This document shows positions 19,601 to 29,142 of a DNA stretch of 64,000 nt, one piece after another (the stretch's first letter is position 1; every line of letters begins with the position of its first letter). The DNA is from Gammaproteobacteria bacterium (GTDB taxonomy: Bacteria; Pseudomonadota; Gammaproteobacteria; Pseudomonadales; Cellvibrionaceae). Position numbers and translations under genes: made by a program. Below the pieces are notes generated by a model. The model was given only the letters and a program-made list of their open reading frames with translations. It made no database searches and had not been told where the DNA came from. The stretch is from NCBI GenBank assembly GCA_004173475.1, contig SEBU01000008.1, positions 20,785-84,784 of the forward strand, in the 5' to 3' direction.

Positions 19601-21262
19601 AGGTATAACTGGTTATTGGGTAGTTCTGCCGATGAAATAGTTAAAGATCCAACTACTGGCGCTATTACTTCTGGAACACTCAGAGCTCGAAAAACTGTTC
19701 TTGGCGATATTGTAAATTCAACGCCAGCTCTTGCCGGACAAGATACCCAGCATTATGAAGAGCTTCCGATTGAATATGGCTCGGGCAGCTATGCCGCCTA
19801 TGTTAATGACACAAAGAAAACACGAACTCCGGTTCTTTATGTTGGTGCTAATGACGGCATGCTGCATGCCTTTAACGGTAAAACTGGCAGCGAAATATTC
19901 GCTTATATTCCACGTGGCGCATATAGCAAATTAGCGGGACTAAGTTCCCTTTCATTTGATCATCAATACATAGTAGATGGCTCGGTTACGGTAGGCGATG
20001 CTTACGTGCAGTTAGCTGGTGAGACAGCAAAATCGTGGCACACAATTGTTGTCGGCTCTTTAGGCGCGGGCGGTAGAGGCGTATTCGCGCTGGATGTTAC
20101 TGTTCCAACATCACCCAAAGTGATTTTCGATATAAGTGATACCGATTCAAGTTTTAGTAGTAGAAGCGATTTGGGTTATAACAACGGCAAGATCTTTATT
20201 GTGCCTACTGCCGCAGCATCTGGCTCAAGCAGCTGGAGCGTTATCTTTGGGAACGGAGGTAATAGTACAAACGGCTACGCTAAGATGGTTGCAATTAATC
20301 TTGAAAGTTCCAGTACAACGGTTATCGATACTAAAGCGAAAATGAGTACTGGAGACTTATTGGCCAATGGTTTGTCGGGAGTTTCCCTCATCCCTAACGG
20401 TGATGGTATCTATACATATGCTTACGCTGGGGATTTTATGGGCAATATGTGGAAGTTTGATCTTACAGCTACTTCTTCCACCAGTTGGAAAGTAGCGTAT
20501 GGTACTACTAGCGCACCTTTGCCATTGGTTACAGTTATAGACCCTTCAGGTGTAGCACAACCAATCACCGCCGCTCCAACGATAGGTAAAAACACAGTTA
20601 AGCTAACTGCTGATGTCCCGCCAGTTCCGTCTAATATGGTGTATTTCGGCACGGGTAAGCTGAGTGAATCCGGTGATAAGTCAACGACGCAAATTCAAAC
20701 TTTGTACGGAATTCTTGACTCAGGCGCCGCCATTGCTACCCTGACAACAGCAAACCGCGCGACTATATTGCATCAAAAAACAATAAGTGCTGAAGCAAAC
20801 GGCCAACGTACTATCACAGGCGATAAGACAACGACCGATGGTACTCGTCAGGTTGATTGGACAACCAAAAAAGGTTGGTTTTTGGATTTAAAATTTGGAT
20901 CCACGGCGACTGGAGAGCGAATAATTGCCAAACCTTTGTTGCTTTACGACCGCGTGATAATTAATACCTTCATTCCTTCTACTTATCAGTGCGATTATGG
21001 TGGGTCAGGATGGCTGATGGAGCTAACCGGGGTGGGAGACAAATTTATCGGATACGATTTATTAGGAACTCATGCGAATCACGTGCTTGATAATGTTATT
21101 TTAGGTAATTTGATTGCAATTTTCGGCAATAAAAAAGTTGATATTGTAGGAAGCGGGCTTAAACCTGATGGTAACGGAAATGGAAGCGGTTCAATAAAAG
21201 GGTTTTTGAAAGACAAGCCCTCAAGTGCGTACGGCCGTATGTCATGGCGTCAGCTGAAGTAG
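16697..21262 (+). CDS. pilY1: Type IV pilus tip adhesin PilY1 with Cys-rich N-terminal region and PilC-type beta-propeller
   Basis: WSGNFLNWATMTRIDAIRK, LGDIVNSTP, YVGANDGMLHAF, AYAGDFMGNMWKFDL, KKGWFLDL and GRMSWRQL. Confidence 0.93.
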   Translation: MQCPIDRVSRFVKASASIISALFLLATAPNMYAGVPAQKPVFLSAQVQPLLMLNMSRDHQLYFRLYDDYADITDSRQTVNGNANTNYGLSITDGNADTTYVHGYNYFGYFDSNRCYTYDTTDKRFEPSTTASKTCVDMWSGNFLNWATMTRIDAIRKILYGGKRVVDSTTETVLERSYLPNDTHSFAKFYNGTDLANLVPAAVYSSSGITLCNTTDTSATYSQNATEPPLIKVARGDYSLWANNERWQCKWLEQKTEVNGNVPATSGLNAASSNPKLAAVGSGSYVARVQTCLTGRIGDDEGCTVYGSSTTQKPIGLLQEYGNSKYESDNITVKQKASVLFGLMTGSYDSSKSGGVLRKAIGALDDEVNPATGQFKTPPTNNVIDTLNLLRIYGYDTTSGLYMGGPSVSGRWYSEPLTPTGSDNCGWIGSPSTESNGNNYPRAFFDNARCSNWGNPQAEIYLESLRYLAGGAQKTDAFAANDTTFIPGLNSVTEWSDPISAGPNGNYCAPLNVLMFNASVTSYDADELSSANAIGLPNLTDLSAKTDAIGIAESIAGNNFFIGKTPSDNNELCTAKNIASLSGVSGICPEAPRLEGGYQMAGLAYHARSTGIASAVINGKTEVRKVKTFAVAMAPATPKVTVRVNPASTTDLRTFTIIPACRNTSSYLSRTVERDSSCAIVDFKIVAQTNTAGTLYVDWEDMEQGSDFDQDMWGTIKYIIDPTAGTVTITTYVAAESTNDKMGFGYILSGTTSDGFKVYSGIEGFTYTGSGSGCTAATPCNVRNTDTAAQTRVYTLGTSTDKALEDPLKYAAKWGGYDDDSATVASIAASQPANYFFATDPRKLKASLKTALDKITKSIVASATAASSSTRLDSDTLVYQAIFSSTDWSGKISAYKILPDGSTKALPEWTTDSTLTRTDRTIYTYDGGSSRSLVNLTSTALTALSTDGNALRANLKLSAESNETNATKRYNWLLGSSADEIVKDPTTGAITSGTLRARKTVLGDIVNSTPALAGQDTQHYEELPIEYGSGSYAAYVNDTKKTRTPVLYVGANDGMLHAFNGKTGSEIFAYIPRGAYSKLAGLSSLSFDHQYIVDGSVTVGDAYVQLAGETAKSWHTIVVGSLGAGGRGVFALDVTVPTSPKVIFDISDTDSSFSSRSDLGYNNGKIFIVPTAAASGSSSWSVIFGNGGNSTNGYAKMVAINLESSSTTVIDTKAKMSTGDLLANGLSGVSLIPNGDGIYTYAYAGDFMGNMWKFDLTATSSTSWKVAYGTTSAPLPLVTVIDPSGVAQPITAAPTIGKNTVKLTADVPPVPSNMVYFGTGKLSESGDKSTTQIQTLYGILDSGAAIATLTTANRATILHQKTISAEANGQRTITGDKTTTDGTRQVDWTTKKGWFLDLKFGSTATGERIIAKPLLLYDRVIINTFIPSTYQCDYGGSGWLMELTGVGDKFIGYDLLGTHANHVLDNVILGNLIAIFGNKKVDIVGSGLKPDGNGNGSGSIKGFLKDKPSSAYGRMSWRQLK

Positions 21263-21271
21263 GAATGAAAT

Positions 21272-21727
21272 ATGAAAAAGGCTAACTTGGGTTTCTCGTT
21301 AATCGAGTTGATGATCACCGTGGCTATAGTCGGCGTACTAGCCGCTATAGCTTATCCAGCGTATATGTCTCAGGTTTTAAAAAGCGGTCGGTCCGATGCG
21401 AAGGTAACTTTAAGCGATGTGGCTCAACGAATGCAGCGTTGCTTTACTACTCAAAGCACATATAAGCCTACTACCGCAGGAACCTGCAAAGTTGTAGATG
21501 AGGCCACTTCAACGGGGGTTGTTTCTGAAAATGGTTTTTATACAGTTAAGATTGTGGCTGCTAAGCATACTGCAACTGCATATGAACTTATAGCAACGCC
21601 CGTGGGTAGTAAGGTTCAGGCTAAAGACACGAAATGTAGTTCGTTTATTTTAGATCAGACCGGTAAGAGGAAGGCAACCGACGGTAGTAATGGTGCTGGT
21701 ACTGTTACTACGACTGAGTGTTGGTAG
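21272..21727 (+). CDS. pilE: Type IV minor pilin PilE
   Basis: G|FSLIELMITVAIVGVLAAIAYPAY, GRSDAK, DTKC..F.LDQTG and terminal CW. Confidence 0.92.
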   Translation: MKKANLGFSLIELMITVAIVGVLAAIAYPAYMSQVLKSGRSDAKVTLSDVAQRMQRCFTTQSTYKPTTAGTCKVVDEATSTGVVSENGFYTVKIVAAKHTATAYELIATPVGSKVQAKDTKCSSFILDQTGKRKATDGSNGAGTVTTTECW

Positions 21728-21739
21728 TTTTTAGAAACT

Positions 21740-21767
21740 AAAAATCCCGCTTCGGCGGGATTTTTTT
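21740..21767. terminator. Bidirectional intrinsic terminator between convergent pilE and pilR
   Basis: AAAAATCCCGC-TTCG-GCGGGATTTTTTT. Confidence 0.9.
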
Positions 21768-23187
21768 ATTCGTCATCTAATCCCAATTTTTGCAAGCGGT
21801 ATCGCAATGATCTAAAAGTGATACCTAATTTTTTTGCGGCCAATGTTTTATTCCATCGTACTTTTTCCAATGCATCGCAAAGAATTTCTTTTTCCACATC
21901 TAACAAATAATCATCTAACGATGAATATTCAGCACAGCGTGCGGGATAATCGATGCGGTTGTTTCTATTGTCAGCGCTAACTTGTGGTGAGTTCCTGTTA
22001 GTGTTGGCATCAATCTTTTCATAAGCAACATAAGAAATTGAATCTGCTTGTAATTGTAAATCGCCAGAGTCTATTTCATCATTTTCACAAAGTGTGAATG
22101 CTCGCTCAAGGATGTTTTCAAGTTCGCGAACGTTTCCTGGGAAATGATAGTTATGAAGCGTCTGCAGGGCGTTGGAGGATAATTTAGGTGGAGGTAATTG
22201 CATTTCCCGTGCAATTTTTTCAAGTAAATAAGTTGTGAGCAGTGGAATATCTTCGCGGCGTTGACGTAGTGGAGCTACGCTTAACTGAATCACATTAAGG
22301 CGATAAAATAAATCTTGACGAAATCGACCTTCTTTTACTTCAGTGTCCAATGATTTGTGAGTCGCGCAAAGTACACGTACATCAGTAATTATTTCTTCTG
22401 ATGCTCCGACAGGTCGCACAGACTTTTCTTGAATGGCTCGTAGAAGTTTTACCTGCATATCTAGCGGCAAATCTGCGACTTCATCAAAAAATAAAGTGCC
22501 ACCTTCTGCTGCTTGGAATAAGCCTAACTTATCCTGGTGTGCACCCGTAAAACTACCTTTTTTATGGCCAAAGAATTCACTTTCCATTAACTCACGCGGA
22601 ATCGCGCCACAGTTAACGGCGATAAAAGGTTTTGTGGCACGAGGGCCTAGCTCGTGAATGGAGCGAGCAACTAATTCTTTGCCTGAGCCAGATTCGCCAC
22701 TGATATAAATTGGTGCTTGAGATCGAGCTAGTTTTTGAATGCTACGTGTTAACTCTTGAATGGCCTTGGATTGGCCAATAATAAAACCGTCAGTAGGTAA
22801 TTTTTCATTGGTTGGTAATTGGCTTGATTGAATAGCGGTATTAACCAGCTTGCGTAATACATTCAAATCGACTGGTTTGGAAATAAAATCAAATGCTCCT
22901 GCTTTCATCGAGTCTATAGCGGTATCTATGCTTCCATGCGCAGTAATAACAGCCACGGGTAGGCGCGGAAAAGATTGTTGGATAAATTCAACTAACTGTA
23001 GCCCGTTGCCGTCCGGTAAATGCATGTCGGTTAAGCATAAATCGTAGGCATGTTGTTGTAATAATTGTTTCGCTCGACTAATACTTTCTGCGCAGTCTGT
23101 GTCCAACTGCATGCGTCCTAAAGTGATTTCCACTAGTTCGCGAATATCGGGTTCGTCATCAATAACCAGTACGCGTTTTTTAGTCAT
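21766..23187 (-). CDS. pilR: sigma54-dependent response regulator PilR (REC-AAA+-Fis HTH)
   Basis: REC domain (CLTDMHLPDG), GESGSGKE, GSFTGA and LGITFRSLRYRLQKLG tail typical of PilR; next to the minor pilin operon. Confidence 0.88.
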   Translation of the reverse strand: MTKKRVLVIDDEPDIRELVEITLGRMQLDTDCAESISRAKQLLQQHAYDLCLTDMHLPDGNGLQLVEFIQQSFPRLPVAVITAHGSIDTAIDSMKAGAFDFISKPVDLNVLRKLVNTAIQSSQLPTNEKLPTDGFIIGQSKAIQELTRSIQKLARSQAPIYISGESGSGKELVARSIHELGPRATKPFIAVNCGAIPRELMESEFFGHKKGSFTGAHQDKLGLFQAAEGGTLFFDEVADLPLDMQVKLLRAIQEKSVRPVGASEEIITDVRVLCATHKSLDTEVKEGRFRQDLFYRLNVIQLSVAPLRQRREDIPLLTTYLLEKIAREMQLPPPKLSSNALQTLHNYHFPGNVRELENILERAFTLCENDEIDSGDLQLQADSISYVAYEKIDANTNRNSPQVSADNRNNRIDYPARCAEYSSLDDYLLDVEKEILCDALEKVRWNKTLAAKKLGITFRSLRYRLQKLGLDDE

Positions 23188-23188
23188 A

Positions 23189-23500
23189 TTATTCTCGGTC
23201 TTTTTGCTGTACTAGTACCCAGGGTTTAACGACTAGCGCCCACACCAACGCGTCTTGTTCGTACCATATTTTTGCTTGGGAATCTTTTACCGCATCAACT
23301 AGACCAGCATCCATCCAGCTTTTTATTTGTTTAGCGTTGTCAGTCGTGATTTGGGTTGCAACGTGAATTAGATCGAGGGATTTATCCACTGCTATAGCAT
23401 TTCCGCTTGCAAAAAAGCGCTGCAATTCATGCCAGGCAATTTGCGCGGTTTCCAATAGTAATTCTTTAGCCAGTTGGTGGTCATTCATATTTATTTGCAT
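23189..23500 (-). CDS. DUF2288 family protein
   Basis: ETAQIAWHELQRFFASG and VWALVVKPWVLVQ motifs. Confidence 0.85.
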   Translation of the reverse strand: MQINMNDHQLAKELLLETAQIAWHELQRFFASGNAIAVDKSLDLIHVATQITTDNAKQIKSWMDAGLVDAVKDSQAKIWYEQDALVWALVVKPWVLVQQKDRE

Positions 23501-24396
23501 TAATTAGTAAGTGCCTTCGCGGCTTTGGATTGATTGATACGGCCCAGAATTTTGCTAATGTAGTTTCCCGCCTCCACTAACTTTTGTAAGTCTAGTCCAT
23601 GTGAAATATTCAATCCATTGAGAAGATAAACTAAATCTTCAGTTGCAACATTGCCCGAGGCGCCTGCTGCATAAGGGCAACCTCCCAAACCGGCAATCGA
23701 ACTATCAACAACTTCAACTCCCAATTCGAGGGAAGCAAAAATATTTGCAAGCGCTTGACCGTAAGTATCATGCATATGAACGGCAATTTTTTTTAGCGGA
23801 ACATAATGCGCCACAGTTTCAATTAACGTTTTAACTTGATTGGCGGTGCCCACTCCAATGGTGTCACCCAACGAAATTTCGTAGCATCCCATAGCGAACA
23901 ATTCTTTTGCTATAGCAGCGACTTGTGTGATGGCTACACTTCCGGAGTAGGGGCAGCCTGCAACACAAGAAATATATCCGCGTACAGGAATTTTTTGTAG
24001 TTTGGCTTTGTCGATAAGTATTTCGAAACGTTTAATGCTTTCAGTTATTGAGCAGTTAATATTTTTTTGACTAAACGCCTCGGAAGCTGCCGCAAAAATT
24101 GCAACTTCGTTTGCATTCGCTGCTAGAGCTCGTTCATAACCCTGGATATTGGGTGTGAGGGCGGCATAGGTAACACCAGGCTTTCTGTTAATTTCTAAAA
24201 AAACCTCAGCGCTGTCTGCCATTTGCGGAACCCATTTCGGATTTACAAAACTCCCCGCCTCGATATAGGTTAAGCCAGCGGCCACTAATCGTTCGATAAG
24301 TTGAATTTTTGCAGCGGTCGGAATTATTTGTTTTTCGTTTTGTAAACCGTCGCGTGGGCCAACCTCCACAATTCGTACCTGTTGAGGGAAGCTCAT
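23500..24396 (-). CDS. hmgL: Hydroxymethylglutaryl-CoA lyase
   Basis: VEVGPRDGLQNE, EISLGDTIG, HMHDTYGQAL and GLGGCPYA...GNVATED motifs. Confidence 0.94.
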   Translation of the reverse strand: MSFPQQVRIVEVGPRDGLQNEKQIIPTAAKIQLIERLVAAGLTYIEAGSFVNPKWVPQMADSAEVFLEINRKPGVTYAALTPNIQGYERALAANANEVAIFAAASEAFSQKNINCSITESIKRFEILIDKAKLQKIPVRGYISCVAGCPYSGSVAITQVAAIAKELFAMGCYEISLGDTIGVGTANQVKTLIETVAHYVPLKKIAVHMHDTYGQALANIFASLELGVEVVDSSIAGLGGCPYAAGASGNVATEDLVYLLNGLNISHGLDLQKLVEAGNYISKILGRINQSKAAKALTN

Positions 24397-24397
24397 G

Positions 24398-25003
24398 TTA
24401 GTCCTCACCCCATCGCGGCATTAAATCCTGCTCAATACCTAGCTGGTCTAAAATCCGCGCTACAACAAAATCAATTAACTCATTGATGGTTTGAGGTTGC
24501 ATATAAAAACCAGGGCTTGCCGGTAAAATCACTGCGCCCATATTGGTAAGTTTAAGCATATTTTCTAAATGTATCGCGGAGTAGGGGGCTTCACGTGGCA
24601 CCAAAATTAATTGGCGACGTTCTTTAAGAGCTACATCAGCCGCACGCTCAATTAAATTATTACTCGCACCGTGGGCTATGGCTGAGAGTGCCCCTCCGCT
24701 TGCAGGGCAAATGACCATGGAACTTGGAGAGCTTGAGCCAGAAGCTACCGGCGAAAACCAATCGTCTTTTGCTAGCAACTGCAGTTGATCTTCATCAACT
24801 TCCAAAATTTCATTAAAAAATAATTGCTGCTCTTCGATAGTTTCCGGCAAATCTAAATCTGTTTCTGTGCGAATAACAACTTGCGCAGCTGTCGATAAAA
24901 GCAAATAGACTTTGCAGTTCGCTGCTAATAAGCATTGTAAAAGTCGTAAGCCATATTGGGCGCCAGACGCGCCTGTCATCGCAAGCGTTATTGTGCGTCG
25001 CAT
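24398..25003 (-). CDS. ubiX: Flavin prenyltransferase UbiX
   Basis: [33 protein letters not shown] and PASPGFY motifs. Confidence 0.95.
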   Translation of the reverse strand: MRRTITLAMTGASGAQYGLRLLQCLLAANCKVYLLLSTAAQVVIRTETDLDLPETIEEQQLFFNEILEVDEDQLQLLAKDDWFSPVASGSSSPSSMVICPASGGALSAIAHGASNNLIERAADVALKERRQLILVPREAPYSAIHLENMLKLTNMGAVILPASPGFYMQPQTINELIDFVVARILDQLGIEQDLMPRWGED

Positions 25004-25202
25004 AAAATTTCTCCATTAGGTGTAGAGTTATTATAACAAAGCTGTGGCGCAGCAATAATTAAATATTGATCCTTTATTCTCTGTGCCGGCATTACAAACA
25101 CAGCTTTTTACTTACGGATTTTGGTGCTAAATATTTATAGAATGGAGTAAGCTTTATTTGCTCGTGAGTTTTCTAAAATTGGCTTTTAACCGGGAGGTTT
25201 TC

Positions 25203-25850
25203 ATGAACGCTACATTTAGCTGTAAGATCCTCAGATTAGTAAAGGCATCAATGTTATTAAGCGTTGTGTCTTTGATGACAATTTGTAATGCTGCAAATGC
25301 TGTTTTATTAACTTTTGATGAGCTCGATGAAAGCTCATACGTTGACGCCAATGGTGACCGCACATTTCTGACTAACGAATATGAATCGCAGGGTTTATTG
25401 TTTGGTGGCTCAGCCTACCTGATTTCAGGGCAACCTACTTCTGAAATACATCCTTCAAATTATGTTGCGGGGCCAGGTTTTGGTTTCGAGTTCGTTGGTA
25501 ACAAGTTACCTGAGTATGTCAGCTTTGTACTAGGCTCATCGACAGGCAGTGCAGTATTTATTGATGTAATAGGCCCTAATTTCAGTAAACATGTTACTTC
25601 CGCTGGGGAAATCCATGGTATGACGGATGATCATGGCACAGCATATATCCCAAACCAGTTTTTTTCGTTCAGCTCTTCAACCGGAATATCATCCATAATT
25701 TTTTCAAGCCAGGGCGATGAGTATATCGACAATCTTACCTACGCATATACTTCACCCATCCAAGTACCAGAGCCCTCAGCGTATATATTATTGGTGGTTG
25801 GTCTGATTGGTTTGTTTGGTTCGCGTTTTAAATATTTATTGAAAATTTAA
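25203..25850 (+). CDS. PEP-CTERM sorting-domain exported protein
   Basis: N-terminal signal, LLTFDEL mature start, C-terminal VPEPSAYILLVVGLIGLFGSRFK (PEP, TM helix, basic residues); GGGAGG SD before ATG 25203. Confidence 0.85.
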   Translation: MNATFSCKILRLVKASMLLSVVSLMTICNAANAVLLTFDELDESSYVDANGDRTFLTNEYESQGLLFGGSAYLISGQPTSEIHPSNYVAGPGFGFEFVGNKLPEYVSFVLGSSTGSAVFIDVIGPNFSKHVTSAGEIHGMTDDHGTAYIPNQFFSFSSSTGISSIIFSSQGDEYIDNLTYAYTSPIQVPEPSAYILLVVGLIGLFGSRFKYLLKI

Positions 25851-25865
25851 AATAACATTGACGTG

Positions 25866-25907
25866 TTTAAAGTTATCCTTGTAAAAATTTACGAGGATAA
25901 CTTTAAA
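25866..25907. terminator. Long AT-rich inverted repeat between the convergent PEP-CTERM gene and mpl
   Basis: TTTAAAGTTATCCT-t-GTAAA-aa-TTTAC-g-AGGATAACTTTAAA. Confidence 0.6.
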
Positions 25908-27279
25908 GCGCATGTTTTTTTAACTGCTCAATTAACTTTTGATGAACGCCACCAAATCCGCCGTTACTCATAATGACTATGTGAGTATTTTTCTCAGACA
26001 GCGAAATTGCGCAATGGATTAACTCATCCAGACTGCGTAATAGTTTTGCGGGAACAGGGCTCTTATTTACAATTTCATCCATCGCCCAATCAACATTTGC
26101 CGGTTGGTACCAAAGTACGTCGTCGGCGTCTGTGCAACTCTGGTTAAGCGCATTTTTGTGAACACCCATGCGCATGGTGTTGGATCGGGGTTCAATAATA
26201 GCAATAATTTTTTCGTCGCCAACTTTCGCGCGCAAACCGGCCAAGGTGGTTTTGATTGCAGTAGGATGGTGCGCAAAATCGTCATAGACTTTGACGCTGT
26301 GTACATCAGCTAAACACTCCATACGACGTTTTACTCCAGCAAATTGCTCTAATGCTTTTGCTGAATGTTCAGGAGTTACACCCACATGGCGTGCAGCAAT
26401 CATTGCCGCCAATCCGTTGTTAACATTGTGCAGGCCCGTTTGTGCCCATTTGATATGAGCAACCTCTTGCCCTTGGTGGAATACCAAAAATTCACCACCA
26501 TCATCAGCGAGTAGTTTTGCTTGCCATTCGCTCTCGTTTTTATCGGAACTAAAACCAAACTGTTGTAACGGTGTCCAGCATCCTTGTGCCACAACTTCTG
26601 CGAGTGCTTTATCATTGGTGGGTGAAATTAATAAACCGTTATTTGGCACGGTTCGAATTAAATGATGAAATTGTTTTTGAATGGCGGCGAGATCTGGAAA
26701 AATATCAGCGTGATCAAATTCAAGATTATTTAAAATAACAGTGCGTGCATTGTAGTGAACAAACTTGGAACGTTTATCAAAAAAAGCGCTGTCATATTCG
26801 TCCGCTTCAACAACAAAAAAAGGAGTATCGCCGAGGCGAGCAGAGGTCGGAAAATTTTTTGTGACTCCGCCGATCAAATACCCAGGGGCCATGCCTGCGT
26901 ATTCTAAAATCCAGGCGAGCATTGAACTAGTAGTTGTTTTGCCGTGGGTTCCTGCAACAGCTAATACCCACTTACCCTGCAACACATGATCGCGCAGCCA
27001 TTGTGGGCCAGATGTATAGGGAATTCCCTCGTTCAGAACATACTCAACCGCAGGATTGCCACGGCTCATGGCGTTGCCAACGACAACTAAATCCGGCGCT
27101 GGTTGCAAATGCGCAGCCTCGTAGCCCTGCATTAATTCTATGCCCGCTTGTTCAAGTTGCGTGCTCATGGGCGGGTAGACATTTGCATCGCTGCCGGTGA
27201 CGCGGTGCCCTAATTCTTTGGCTAGTTGTGCGAGGCTCCCCATGAAGGTGCCGCAGACGCCGAGTATATGTATATGCAT
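25903..27279 (-). CDS. mpl: UDP-MurNAc:L-Ala-gamma-D-Glu-meso-DAP ligase (murein peptide ligase)
   Basis: MHIHILGVCGTFMG, GTHGKTTT, EADEYDSAFFDKRSKF, DDFAHHPTAI and EPRSNTM. Confidence 0.97.
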   Translation of the reverse strand: MHIHILGVCGTFMGSLAQLAKELGHRVTGSDANVYPPMSTQLEQAGIELMQGYEAAHLQPAPDLVVVGNAMSRGNPAVEYVLNEGIPYTSGPQWLRDHVLQGKWVLAVAGTHGKTTTSSMLAWILEYAGMAPGYLIGGVTKNFPTSARLGDTPFFVVEADEYDSAFFDKRSKFVHYNARTVILNNLEFDHADIFPDLAAIQKQFHHLIRTVPNNGLLISPTNDKALAEVVAQGCWTPLQQFGFSSDKNESEWQAKLLADDGGEFLVFHQGQEVAHIKWAQTGLHNVNNGLAAMIAARHVGVTPEHSAKALEQFAGVKRRMECLADVHSVKVYDDFAHHPTAIKTTLAGLRAKVGDEKIIAIIEPRSNTMRMGVHKNALNQSCTDADDVLWYQPANVDWAMDEIVNKSPVPAKLLRSLDELIHCAISLSEKNTHIVIMSNGGFGGVHQKLIEQLKKHAL

Positions 27280-27360
27280 GCTTAAGCTCGTATCGTTTTT
27301 AACGAATGGGAGCTTACCATGAAGTAACTTGGGACAGAAATTCTGTTGTGCCTTTTAACG

Positions 27361-29109
27361 TCAGGCTGATTGAGATGTGTCTGGAGGTGTGAGATAGCGC
27401 GCACGTTTAGCGGCTTTCATTAAGTTTAAATCTGCGATGAATAAACCGTCTACACAATTCCCAAACTCTGAATCGACACTAAACGCAAGCAAATGATATC
27501 CACCTTCTTCATAAAGCGCTGCGTACTGTTTAAACAGCACCGGAATTTTATGATTTTGTTCGTTAAATATTTGTTGAAGTACATCAAAACCCTGGTCGCG
27601 ATTAAGGCCAGCAAATTGTTGTTGTAAATAAATTAATTCGTCTTCGTCTGTTTCGTGTGGGTGCTTACCGTAAGCCAAGGCATCGGAGGTATTTATTCCC
27701 GCAGGGCAGTAATAGCGTTCGTAGTAGTACACCAATGCATCGCGCAATTTTTTTGGATATTGTGAACTCATACTTACTGGACCAAGGACGTAACGAATTT
27801 CAGGGTTATGTTGCAAATAGGCGCCCAAACCCTGCCACAGATAATCAAGACTGGCTTTACCCCAATAATGTGGGTGAACAAAACTTCGGCCCAATTCAAG
27901 CGCGTGTTCCAGGTAAGGTAAAATCGATGGCTGGTAATCAAATAAATCTGCCGTGTACAAACCTTTCACACTCTTCTTGCTAATTATTTTTTGTGTTTCA
28001 CCGAGCCGATAGGCTCCGGCAATGGTGAGTTTATCTTCGTCCCACAGGACCAAATGTCGATAGTAGTGATCGTATTTATCGAGGTCGCGTCTACTGCCGG
28101 TCCCTTCACCTACCATACGAAACGTGTGCTCCCGCAAACGGCCTATCTCACGCAGAACAGTGGGATGTTTGTCATAGCTACACAAGTAAATTTTGTGATT
28201 GTCGCGCGTGGCGCCAATAAGTTGCGCTGTCTTAAGCTCTTTTTTTATTACGCTACTATCTTCCGGGTGCGCAATTGTTTTTTCGGTGATGAAAATCGAT
28301 TTCTTGCCTTTGCCTATTTTGTACAAATGTTTTTTTAAACGTTTTATAAGTGCTTTATCGGCAAGTTGATTAGATTCAAGAGATTGATGCGGGATAGCTT
28401 CGCCCACGCGAAATTTAATTTCGGCCGAGCGCTTATTAAACATTTCGTGCGCGAGTAAAGCTGTACCCAAGGGTTTAAAAATTAACGAGGTAGTGTAAAA
28501 CAATAAAGAATTTTTTGCGGATACGAAAATGGGCAGAATAGGCGCTTTCGCTTTGCGAGAAAAATGTAAAAAACCCGCCAGCCATTTTCCGTCGCGAATA
28601 CCTTGTGGTCCCGCACGAGAGACTTCTCCTGCAGGAAAAATAATAACGGCTTGCTCGTCGGTCAACGCCTGCACAATATTTTTATAACTTTGTTTGTAGG
28701 CGGCGCGCGTCATATTGTCGAGCGGCAAGAGTAAATTATGCAAAGGTTCAAATGCCATGAGCATATCATTGGCGACAATTTTAACGTCGCGCCGAACCTC
28801 ACTGACCAAGCGTAACAAGGCTAAGCCATCCAATGATCCGATGGGATGATTAGCGATAATCACTACCCGCCCATGAGCGGGAATGTTGTCTCGATCACGA
28901 CGAGAAATTGCGTAGCTGAAATTAAAATAATCAAAAATTCTGTCAATAAAATCTATACCAGTGACACCTTGATGCTCTTGTAGAAAGTTATTGATTTCCT
29001 GCTCTCGGGTTATTTTACGTAAAATAGAAAGCGTTGAGTTGCGAATAATAGAAGATTGGTCAGCGAAACCGGGAAATTTATCAGTAACGGATTGTTCGAT
29101 ATTGAGCAT
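27361..29109 (-). CDS. olsF: Fused lysophospholipid acyltransferase + GNAT N-acyltransferase, OlsF-like ornithine lipid synthase
   Basis: N-half ANHPIGSLDG and FPAGEVS; C-half EIGRLRE.TFR..GEGTG...DLDKYD, LELGRSFV and IPVLFKQY; Pho boxes upstream. Confidence 0.75.
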   Translation of the reverse strand: MLNIEQSVTDKFPGFADQSSIIRNSTLSILRKITREQEINNFLQEHQGVTGIDFIDRIFDYFNFSYAISRRDRDNIPAHGRVVIIANHPIGSLDGLALLRLVSEVRRDVKIVANDMLMAFEPLHNLLLPLDNMTRAAYKQSYKNIVQALTDEQAVIIFPAGEVSRAGPQGIRDGKWLAGFLHFSRKAKAPILPIFVSAKNSLLFYTTSLIFKPLGTALLAHEMFNKRSAEIKFRVGEAIPHQSLESNQLADKALIKRLKKHLYKIGKGKKSIFITEKTIAHPEDSSVIKKELKTAQLIGATRDNHKIYLCSYDKHPTVLREIGRLREHTFRMVGEGTGSRRDLDKYDHYYRHLVLWDEDKLTIAGAYRLGETQKIISKKSVKGLYTADLFDYQPSILPYLEHALELGRSFVHPHYWGKASLDYLWQGLGAYLQHNPEIRYVLGPVSMSSQYPKKLRDALVYYYERYYCPAGINTSDALAYGKHPHETDEDELIYLQQQFAGLNRDQGFDVLQQIFNEQNHKIPVLFKQYAALYEEGGYHLLAFSVDSEFGNCVDGLFIADLNLMKAAKRARYLTPPDTSQSA

Positions 29110-29142
29110 GAGTCGTATCCTGCGAACTTTGATATTTCTGCA

